64,000 nucleotides of DNA. Origin: an uncultured delta proteobacterium. GTDB lineage: Bacteria > Desulfobacterota > Binatia > UBA9968. The position numbers and the translations under genes are program-made. This document shows, piece after piece, positions 9,775 through 17,324 of the stretch (its first letter is position 1; each line of letters begins with the position of its first letter). The stretch is taken from the NCBI GenBank assembly GCA_963727625.1, contig CAVSHR010000004.1, positions 1,344,001-1,408,000 on the forward strand, written 5' to 3'. The notes below the pieces were generated by a model. It searched no databases. It worked only from the letters and a program-made list of their open reading frames with translations, and was not told the DNA's origin.

Positions 9775-10971
9775 ATGACAAAACTCGCTGACCGAACCAA
9801 ACTGATTAAGACTTCCGTCACACTGGCAATCGCCGCAAAGGCGGGCAAGCTGCGCGCCGAAGGCGTCGACGTGGTCAACTTTTCCGCCGGGGAACCTGAT
9901 TTCGACACGCCCGAACATATCAAGGCGGCGGCCATCGATGCCTTGCGCAAAGGCATGACCAAGTACACCGACGTCAAAGGCATCGAAACATTGCGCGCCG
10001 CGGTCAGCGAAAAATATCAGCGCGAGCATGGACTCGATTATCGCAAGGAGGATGTGCTGGTAAGCTGCGGCGCCAAACATTCTCTGTACAACATATTGCA
10101 AGCCGTGGTTAACCCGGGCGACGAAATAGTGATCCCGGCCCCCTACTGGGTGAGCTATTCGGATATGGCTTTGCTTGCCGGCGGCGTGCCGAAATTGATT
10201 CCATCGAACGAGGCCACCGGCTTCCGAATCAAGGCTGAACAACTCCAAGCCGCGTTGACACCGCGAACCCGGGCCTTTTTGTTGAACAGCCCGTGCAATC
10301 CCACCGGAGCAACTTACAACCGGGCGGAATTGCAAGCCATCGGAGCTGTACTCGAGAAACAGGACTGCCTGATCCTGGCCGACGATATTTACGAAAAAAT
10401 CGTTTACGACGGTTTTGAGGTTCATAACCTCGTGGCCCTCTGCCCTGCCCTGCGCGATCGCACGATTATTGTCAACGGCGTGTCCAAAACCTACGCAATG
10501 ACCGGTTGGCGCATCGGCTACGCGCTCGGACCGAGTGACGTCATCGCAGCCGGCGCGAAGATTCAAAGTCAAAGCACATCGAATCCAACTTCCATCGCCC
10601 AGGCCGCCGCCCTCGAGGCGATTCGCGGGCCTCAAGACGAGGTGGCGCGCATGGTTCGCGAGTTTCAAAAAAGGCGCGATGTGATCGTCGACAAGCTCAA
10701 CGCCATCGACGGCATTACCTGCCTCAAGCCAGAGGGCGCGTTCTACGTGTTCCCGAACTTTAGCGCGTTGCTGAACAAAACCGGCCGGGGCAAGAAGCTC
10801 AGCTCCCCCTGCGATATCGCCGACTATCTGCTTGAGGAAGCCAAAGTCGCCGGGGTGCCGGGAGAAGACTTCGGCTCCCACGAGCACATTCGTTTTTCCT
10901 ATGCGACATCGCTCGAAGACATTGAAAAGGGCTGCGAGCGCATTCGCGACGCGGTAGCGAAACTGAGCTAA
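9775..10971 (+). CDS. PLP-dependent aminotransferase class I/II (aspartate aminotransferase-like)
   Basis: GEPDFDTP, NSPCNPTG, DDIY, SKTYAMTGWRIG (PLP lysine). Confidence 0.93.
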   Translation: MTKLADRTKLIKTSVTLAIAAKAGKLRAEGVDVVNFSAGEPDFDTPEHIKAAAIDALRKGMTKYTDVKGIETLRAAVSEKYQREHGLDYRKEDVLVSCGAKHSLYNILQAVVNPGDEIVIPAPYWVSYSDMALLAGGVPKLIPSNEATGFRIKAEQLQAALTPRTRAFLLNSPCNPTGATYNRAELQAIGAVLEKQDCLILADDIYEKIVYDGFEVHNLVALCPALRDRTIIVNGVSKTYAMTGWRIGYALGPSDVIAAGAKIQSQSTSNPTSIAQAAALEAIRGPQDEVARMVREFQKRRDVIVDKLNAIDGITCLKPEGAFYVFPNFSALLNKTGRGKKLSSPCDIADYLLEEAKVAGVPGEDFGSHEHIRFSYATSLEDIEKGCERIRDAVAKLS

Positions 10972-10983
10972 GCGACGGCCGAC

Positions 10984-11409
10984 TCAAGGTTTCGGCCGGC
11001 GGCCGGTCTTCTTGAAGAGGAAGTAGTCGCGCAAGATCTGCGCGTGATCAAATACCAGCGGTGTCGGTAATTTATTTTCACTGAACGCGCGCGCGACCTT
11101 GGCATCGTCGGCACCCCGCGGCACGCCCTCAGCGCTAGCGATGAAAACGGTCGAGACCGTATGATGGCGAGCGTCTCTGGTCGGATCGGAGTATGTATAA
11201 AACTGCTCGGTCAGTTTGACATCGAGAGAAGTTTCTTCCCTGGCTTCGCGCACCGCCGCGCTTTCGATGCTCTCGCCATAGTCGACGAATCCGCCGGGCA
11301 AGGCCCAGCCGTGGGGTGGATTTTTTCGTTCGATCAGGACGGTTTCTCCACCGGCGAGTTCGATGATGATATCGACGGTCAACAATGGATTGCGATATTT
11401 TTCGCTCAT
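10984..11409 (-). CDS. NUDIX hydrolase
   Basis: Nudix box [24 protein letters not shown]. Confidence 0.92.
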   Translation of the reverse strand: MSEKYRNPLLTVDIIIELAGGETVLIERKNPPHGWALPGGFVDYGESIESAAVREAREETSLDVKLTEQFYTYSDPTRDARHHTVSTVFIASAEGVPRGADDAKVARAFSENKLPTPLVFDHAQILRDYFLFKKTGRRPKP

Positions 11410-11470
11410 GGCGCTTCCCTACCTTGACTCCGTTGAAAGCGCAAGGTAGAAGAATAACTCAAATTCATGT

Positions 11471-11547
11471 CGCGGGGTGGAGCAGTCTGGTAGCTCGCAA
11501 GGCTCATAACCTTGAGGTCCCGGGTTCAAATCCCGGCCCCGCAACCA
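11471..11547 (+). tRNA. Initiator tRNA-Met (CAT)
   Basis: CGCGGGG/CCCCGCA acceptor stem with C1:A72 mismatch; anticodon arm CAAGG-CTCATAA-CCTTG; T-loop GTTCAAATC; encoded CCA. Confidence 0.96.
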
Positions 11548-12607
11548 ATTCTTTCAAGGCTTTATCAACCAACGGTTCGAAAACGGTTTGATCGAGCTTC
11601 AGTCCTAGGGTCCCGCAGTAGTCCGCCTGTATCATCGCCAACGACGTTCCGCAGTATTGAGCTACGGAAAGCGGATTTTCACCCCGCTTGATTGCTTCCG
11701 TTATGAACGTGTGCCGAGTCGCGTAGAATTTTCGATGCCTAATCCCGATTTTCTTTAACGCACCGCCCCAATTGTGCTCACTCCATTTCCTCGCGTTCAT
11801 CGGTTCCCCGTTCTTGTTCACAAAGAGATGCTTAAGCCCGAGCTGGCACGAAGGAAGGATTTCCAGAACCCTTAAAACGGGCTTCCCGAACTGAATCGTC
11901 CTAGCACTGCCAAAGGTTTTAGGCCCCGACTCGCTGCCCATATATCTCGATTTGCTTATCGCTATCGTCTGCCGCTCCAAGTCTACATCGGCCCAGGCAA
12001 GCGCGGAGGCTTCAGACGGTCGCATTCCGGTATGGAACAACGTAAAGACCCAAGGGAAATAAAAGAAGTCGCTCGCAGCCCAATACGCCACAATCCTGTC
12101 CCTTTCTTCTGCCGTGAACGGATCAGGCTTGGCCCGCTGGTTGGATGGCCATCGAATATCGATAAATGGATCTCTCCCCATCAACTCCTCAAGTTCTGCC
12201 CTAGCATCTCGATAAAGCGCTCTAAATGAGCCGTCAATGACATTCCTCACAGTTTTGACACTAAGACCTTGCCGTAACAGCTGCATCCTGAATTCGGTCA
12301 ATTCGCCCGTACCAATGGCCAACAGACGCCTACTTTTGAATTTGGGCAGAATATACGCCCGAAAATGCTGGCTGTAGTCCCGAACCCGCGACCGTCTAAA
12401 CAAGGGCTCAATCTTGGTATTGATCCACGAATCGAAGTACTCCTGGACCGTCGGAGTTGGGGTTAATCCGTACGTGCCCTGGATGTACTGCTCAAGACGA
12501 TGCTGGGCTAATCCCTTTTTCGTCGTCTTAAGCGACTTCATCAGGCTTCCGTCGATCAGGTACCACATAGAGCCGCGGTCCTTACGTTGTTTTAGGTGTG
12601 GGGGCAA
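11504..12607 (-). CDS. Phage/ICE-type tyrosine integrase
   Basis: TGMRPSEASALAWADVD, GPKT, FYATRHTF, C-terminal Tyr (ADYC); 3' end overlaps the tRNA antisense. Confidence 0.92.
   Translation of the reverse strand: MPPHLKQRKDRGSMWYLIDGSLMKSLKTTKKGLAQHRLEQYIQGTYGLTPTPTVQEYFDSWINTKIEPLFRRSRVRDYSQHFRAYILPKFKSRRLLAIGTGELTEFRMQLLRQGLSVKTVRNVIDGSFRALYRDARAELEELMGRDPFIDIRWPSNQRAKPDPFTAEERDRIVAYWAASDFFYFPWVFTLFHTGMRPSEASALAWADVDLERQTIAISKSRYMGSESGPKTFGSARTIQFGKPVLRVLEILPSCQLGLKHLFVNKNGEPMNARKWSEHNWGGALKKIGIRHRKFYATRHTFITEAIKRGENPLSVAQYCGTSLAMIQADYCGTLGLKLDQTVFEPLVDKALKELVAGPGFEPGTSRL
11525..11548 (+). repeat. att core copy 1 (tRNA 3' end)
   Basis: TTCAAATCCCGGCCCCGCAACCAA. Confidence 0.95.
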
Positions 12608-12803
12608 TTACGGCCTCCTGAAAGGGAATCTGTAATCCGTCTACAACGCGGTAAAGGGCATCGATCCGTCGCGGAGCTTCGCCCCGCAATATCTTAGCCA
12701 GGGTTTTGTTATTAACTCCACAAAGGGCACAAACGTCAACGACCTTAAGCTGCTTGGCGGCCATCGCCTGAAGGATGCGGGGAACGTTGATCGAGACGTT
12801 CAT
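12582..12803 (-). CDS. XRE/Cro-type HTH regulator (possible repressor or excisionase)
   Basis: KVVDVCALCGVNNKTLAKILRG HTH pattern; overlaps the integrase start. Confidence 0.7.
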   Translation of the reverse strand: MNVSINVPRILQAMAAKQLKVVDVCALCGVNNKTLAKILRGEAPRRIDALYRVVDGLQIPFQEAVIAPTPKTT

Positions 12804-12819
12804 AGACCCAGCCTAAAGG

Positions 12820-13086
12820 CTAACTAGCCTTTTTCCACCCCGTGACTATTTTCCTCAGTCCAGGTTCCCGCAGTTTTTCCATGGTCTCTTGGACGGTATC
12901 AACCACACCCTTTGCAAGGCTTTTTAGGCCATAGCGATTGACGGTTATCGCTAAATACAACAACGTGGCCGCCCGCAGGAATTCGCTAACTTTCATGTCA
13001 AGTTTTTCGGCAGCCTCTTCAAAGGCTTTTTTATCCTGCGCCGACACTCTAACCATGATCACTTCACTGCGGTCTTGTTTTTCCAT
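12820..13086 (-). CDS. Ribbon-helix-helix (CopG/MobC-like) protein
   Basis: VIMVRVSAQDKKAFEEAAEKLDMKVSEFLR; RBS GAGGAGG. Confidence 0.7.
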   Translation of the reverse strand: MEKQDRSEVIMVRVSAQDKKAFEEAAEKLDMKVSEFLRAATLLYLAITVNRYGLKSLAKGVVDTVQETMEKLREPGLRKIVTGWKKAS

Positions 13087-13241
13087 AGCGCCTCCTCACG
13101 AGTAGATTGTGTATATCATTATAGCTCAGAGTATGTCAAGCGCTACTTTGACCGTATATAACAAGTGAACCGGAAAATAACCCGCCTATAGTTAGGGAGA
13201 TAACCCGCCGCCCCGGTCGGCTTTTGCCGGAGAAGTTTACG

Positions 13242-13270
13242 TTGACAAAACGGGCTAGTTACACGATATT
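13242..13270 (+). promoter_or_regulatory. Candidate cassette-array promoter (Pc-like)
   Basis: TTGACA-N17-GATATT about 85 bp before the first cassette boundary. Confidence 0.45.
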
Positions 13271-13355
13271 TTAAACGATTCCGATTCTATCGTCGAAACC
13301 GCCGCAGGAGATAAGCCGACCGGGATTTCCCGCGGCTACTGCGGGTCACTTATTA

Positions 13356-13362
13356 GTTAGGC
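13356..13362 (+). other. First cassette crossover point (attI-like), G/TTAGGC
   Basis: GTTAGGC is the exact reverse complement of GCCTAAC that ends cassette 1. Confidence 0.7.
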
Positions 13363-13370
13363 CAACAACA

Positions 13371-14089
13371 ATGGTTTATTCCATCCCAATTGCCATCATA
13401 CTTTTCGGAATCATTCTCATTGCTCCGACGGTCGACGAGTCAAGGTACGCAGATCCAAGTTGGCGTTGGGAATTCGAGACCGCGGACGTGTCGCGACCTT
13501 TCCGGCGATCTGTCCCGGAAATTCTACGAAGCACAGGCTAACAATTTGACTCCAGCCGCCATACGCTCGGACCATGGTGCCGCGGTAATCAGTCTCGGAG
13601 TGTCGATTGCTGCTCTCTTTCTGATGCTTCGACTTCGAACGTTTCGAGATCTGTTTCATTTAGGGACACTAGCAACTCGGCGAGGAATGTTCTGGATGGC
13701 AACCGCAGCATGGTGGGGTTGGGTTCCGGCACAGTTGCTGTGGCTGCAATATACACTTGAGCGTGGAGACTATCCGTGGTGGGCGGACAATATTGCAATC
13801 CCAATCGCAGAGGAGCGTGTTCTTTTGTGTGCTTGGTTTTCCCTTTGTGCTATGCGGTTGGTATCTCTCAACGCGCGGAGTGAGACTGCCGGTCGCCGTT
13901 TTACAAGTTCCACGGGGCTCCAAGGGTGTGGTGGCCACGGCGTTTTTAATGGTACTCCTTTCATGGTTTGTGCTCGCAGGCGTTCGGGCCTTTGGGGAAG
14001 GTGACGTGTTCACAATTCCAGTATCGGTTGTCGGGGTTTATGCAAGTGTTGCTCTCTGGGCAGCGGCGTGTGCACCGCGAGTGGCCTAA
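13371..14089 (+). pseudogene. Cassette 1: multi-pass membrane protein, apparently two frameshifts
   Basis: ATG 13371 (MVYSIPIAIILFGIILI), continues in ORFs 13390-14004 and 13757-14089; stop TAA lies inside the attC R'' box. Confidence 0.6.
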
Positions 14090-14164
14090 CAAACGGCTTG
14101 AAACGGATCGTCGGACCGGCTCGCTGCGCTCGCTGGCCTTGTCCGTTCAGCCGTAGCGTTAGAT
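14084..14164 (+). other. attC site 1 (81 bp)
   Basis: GCCTAAC-5nt-GCT(T)GAA(A)CGGA ... TCCGTTCAGC-6nt-GTTAGAT; imperfect palindrome with extrahelical bases. Confidence 0.88.
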
Positions 14165-14178
14165 TTCAAAGGAAGCTT

Positions 14179-14803
14179 ATGACCAACTACTTTTGTCAAC
14201 TCGAGAATCAACTTCCGGCCATACAGAGCTTATCTTCTTCTGAAGGAGTAAAGGGCTTTTTTGGCCAGGAAGTGCTCCGCTTCCACTCAATTGCCGGGAC
14301 CTTGCTTGCCAACTTTTGCCTCGATGGTGGCGCCAGCGTTGATGAGCGCTACATTACGCACATCCTTGCCCGATCGTTATTGGAAAACTATTTCTGGCTC
14401 ATCTACCTGTTCGATGATCCCGCCCAAGCAGAAATTCGATATCAGCACCTGACGAACTCCTTCAAACGGGATTACTTGAAGCTAATGAATGAAGACCGGC
14501 TCCCCCAGAAGGATCAGCTCGAACCCGCAGATCCGGCTCTGGGCGAGCTGGCAGCGCGCACCCGATGTAAACAGCATGCTCGCGCAAGTGACGAACGACT
14601 ACGGAGACCGCCTTAATTACCTGTATTTCATTTACCGGATTACCAGCTTCGATACGCACGGTAAGAATTTAGGCACAGTTCTCCAGACCGTGTTCGGCAA
14701 AACATGCAATTTTCCGGTGCTTGATCTCAAGCACGTTATTGAGCTTGTTGCCAATCAATACCTTGTTATCCTCGATGGGCTCCGAAATGATCATGAAATC
14801 TAA
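14179..14803 (+). pseudogene. Cassette 2: DUF5677/HEPN-like helical protein, one frameshift near 14540
   Basis: ARSLLENYFWL..L then, in the shifted frame, LYFIYRITSFDTHG; stop lies inside ATCTAAC. Confidence 0.55.
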
Positions 14804-14882
14804 CCGCCGCTTGAGCCGACGCCGAGCGTTGTGAGTTAATGAAGCTTTTCTGCTGTAGCGGCTCAGCGGCATGGCGTTAGCT
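14798..14882 (+). other. attC site 2 (85 bp)
   Basis: ATCTAAC..CGCT(T)GAGCCG ... CGGCTCAGCG..GTTAGCT; R'' is complementary to GTTAGAT at the cassette start. Confidence 0.87.
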
Positions 14883-14890
14883 AGCACTGC

Positions 14891-15587
14891 ATGATCACAT
14901 CGAATGTCATTCATCGCGTCTTTCGCATCCGGCACGGAGCTTCGGAGGCGACGGCGTTCACGTTAGAACTAGACGAGAGGGAGTATCTCGTCACGGCGAA
15001 GCACGTGGTCAAAGACTTGACGAACGAGCAAACGATCGACGTTTTCGGAAATGGAGCTTGGCAGCCAAGGGAAGCGACGCTTGTCGGTCACGCGGTTGGA
15101 GACCGCGACATTTCGGTCCTGGCTTTTAAGACCGTTCTGACGCCTCCGGGCCTGCCGATGCCGGCGACAAGCAAGGGTGTGATCTATGGTCAAGATGTGT
15201 TCTTTCTCGGATTCCCCTACGGCTTTGTCGGTCATTACGCATTCGGTCCGGCAAGGCTTTCCGCTACCTTTTGTGAAGAAGGCAATCGTCTCATTGCTCG
15301 ACCGAGACACCTTTCTGCTTGATGGTCACAATAACCCAGGCTTCTCGGGTGGGCCGGTCGTTTTCAGGGAAGCCGGAAAAGTAGACCTGAATGTCTTTGC
15401 AGTCGTTTCAGGATTCCAGGCAGTTAACGAGCCGGTCTACGTTGGTGACAGTCCCGTATACGCCGGCGCTGGCGAGCCCGTTGTCTTCAGGTACAACACC
15501 GGAATCATCGTAACGTGGAGTGTCGATTTCGCTGTGGAACTCATCAAGGCGAACCCGATCGGCGCGATGAGAAACGGTGCTGGCTAA
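14891..15587 (+). pseudogene. Cassette 3: trypsin-like serine protease, one frameshift near 15250
   Basis: Catalytic triad LVTAKHV / DRDISVL / NNPGFSGGPV split over ORFs 14891-15322 and 15186-15587. Confidence 0.75.
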
Positions 15588-15631
15588 CCAATGGGGTGAG
15601 ACCGGCAGGCAGCTCACCCAGAACGTTATGC
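15582..15631 (+). other. attC site 3 (very short, 50 bp)
   Basis: GGCTAAC-CAATG-GGGTGAG-12nt-CTCACCC-AGAAC-GTTATGC; the cassette 3 stop lies inside R''. Confidence 0.7.
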
Positions 15632-15889
15632 CGTAACCACGCAAGGCCGTGCCGTATGTTCCAGCGTGCCTTACGCCATTCACAGCGACGTTCACGTGCC
15701 TTGCAGTGTTCTGCCACCTTGAACCTTTTTTCGGAGATCCGAAAACCCCGAACGCTAGTAAGGGGTTTTCGAAGGGATTCAAGTCATGAGCCCCAGTGCC
15801 ACGCCGGAGCAGCGCGCCGGAATCCGCCGCCCTGCTCCGCCTGTCAATGAACACGAACGGAGAAAAGCGGATTAGTCGACTTTGTAATG

Positions 15890-16096
15890 TCACAACCCCG
15901 CTCCAGGAGACATTGAGCGAAACTCATTGACGATGCCCGGTGACCCCATCATGAGAGTCACTTCACAACACACACAGTACATTTCCAGTTCGCCCTCAAA
16001 GTCCGGTATCAATTGAACCCTAATCTTGTGGCCGCGACTCCCGTGACTTACTAGACTACGAAATGAGCCGTTGAACATCTTTTGAACTTTCACCAC
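15890..16096 (-). CDS. Small hypothetical protein with CxxC, downstream of rep
   Basis: 68-aa ORF with YCVCCE; RBS GAGGTG. Confidence 0.45.
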   Translation of the reverse strand: MVKVQKMFNGSFRSLVSHGSRGHKIRVQLIPDFEGELEMYCVCCEVTLMMGSPGIVNEFRSMSPGAGL

Positions 16097-16201
16097 TCAC
16101 CTCTCGAAATTTTCTTCCACATTTGCCTTTAAACGAACGATCTCACGTTAACCCTTGTCTGAACCCTCGCCCTTTACAGAGGCGCACCACTATTGTAAAG
16201 C

Positions 16202-16894
16202 TCAGAACAGCTCAACTATTTGACGCTCTCGTACATCGAGCAGCCTTCCTCCAAACACCGTCGAGCCCTCATTCAATAACTCTTCCCACGCAACAAGCAG
16301 ATCTTGAAAAGTGACCTCTGGCACTTCACGATCAAACTTGTAAGCGTAATGCACGTCATGGCGAACCAATCTCAACATGCGAACCATAAACTTCCAGCCT
16401 TTACCTATGGCAAATCTTGCACGCTTCCAGCTCCAGGACATCCTCACCAGTGCCCCCCGCTGATCGGCCAGGTATTGAAGAGCGAAATATCTCCCAACGC
16501 GACGAATTGAATTCTTCCCCAGATTCATCCGCTGAATATAAACAATGTACGCTCCGTGAATGACGTCCCACTGTTCGGAAAGCCAACCTTGATCGATGAT
16601 GAACGTCCGATCGCCAGCCCAGGCCCAAACCATGTGGAGAACTCCATTGCCCTCCGAGGTTTCCACCACGAACGTTTCGACTCCTTTGTAACCGAGGTCA
16701 CGTTCAACTCGCCGGCGAAGCTCTTGGAGATGGCGACGCAGGAGATGAGCCGGACCATTATCAGCAGTGGTTAGATCGATCCTCGAAATCTGACAATTAC
16801 GAGATTTTGCTTCGTAGCACCAACTTATAAGCCGGTTAAATACTCGCTTCTGTTGTTTTGTCCACGGCTTAAAATCACCCTTAGAATTCACCAC
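16202..16894 (-). CDS. HUH-superfamily rolling-circle replication initiator-like protein
   Basis: Motif I IDLTT, motif II EGNGVLHMVW, W..W (WLSEQW), motif III RYFALQYL; RBS AGGAGG. Confidence 0.7.
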   Translation of the reverse strand: MVNSKGDFKPWTKQQKRVFNRLISWCYEAKSRNCQISRIDLTTADNGPAHLLRRHLQELRRRVERDLGYKGVETFVVETSEGNGVLHMVWAWAGDRTFIIDQGWLSEQWDVIHGAYIVYIQRMNLGKNSIRRVGRYFALQYLADQRGALVRMSWSWKRARFAIGKGWKFMVRMLRLVRHDVHYAYKFDREVPEVTFQDLLVAWEELLNEGSTVFGGRLLDVRERQIVELF

Positions 16895-17045
16895 AAAACC
16901 TCCTTTGCACGACAGCCAACGGTTTGATTTTGGTTAGATCAAGGGTAGCCATAGGCAGCCTTTAGGCGCTTTTCCGCTTTCGTAACTTGTTGATTTGTTG
17001 AGAACTTAGCAGTTGCAGACTGTTAACAGCAGACGCTTCGGCGGA

Positions 17046-17069
17046 TTCAAATCCCGGCCCCGCAACCAA
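17046..17069 (+). repeat. att core copy 2
   Basis: Identical 24-mer. Confidence 0.95.
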
Positions 17070-17275
17070 CTTTTCCGAATAGTTAGAATACCCGCTGTGC
17101 CGATTTTGAGCGATGTTGAGCCCCTGCCGCGCGCAATAGTTCGCCTCGATCATCGCCACGCTGGTTCCTACGTAATCTGCAATCGCCTTTAGATTGTGCC
17201 CTGCCCTTACCAGCTCGGTGATGGTCGTATGCCGGCAAGCGTAGAATTTGCGGTGCCGGATGCCGAGCTTTTTCA
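17046..17275 (-). pseudogene. C-terminal remnant of a second, paralogous tyrosine integrase
   Basis: KKLGIRHRKFYACRHTTITE..VGTSVAMIEANYC..LVAGPGFE aligns by eye with the integrase 1 C-terminus. Confidence 0.88.
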
Positions 17276-17324
17276 GTTGAGAACTTAGCAGTTGCAGACT
17301 GTTAACAGCAGACGCTTCGGCGGA

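Larger units (their letters stand above)
11525..17069. mobile_element. About 5.5 kb integrative element in tRNA-fMet: integrase, regulators, attC cassette array, RCR Rep
   Basis: Identical 24-bp flanking repeat TTCAAATCCCGGCCCCGCAACCAA (11525-11548, 17046-17069); integrase abuts the tRNA; visibly more AT-rich than the flanks. Confidence 0.9.

Noticed and set aside
11504-12607. Integrase as the integron integrase (IntI) for the array
   Set aside because: It has phage/ICE-type motifs, no visible IntI-specific insertion, and is explained by the tRNA att repeats. Activity on attC is not excluded but has no support.
11525-17069. Inovirus-like or other prophage
   Set aside because: No Zot/pI ATPase, coat-like or other virion genes are visible. 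A satellite lifestyle remains possible.
17046-17069. Additional tRNA genes at att copies 2 and 3
   Set aside because: Only the T-loop to CCA portion is present; there is no 5' half.
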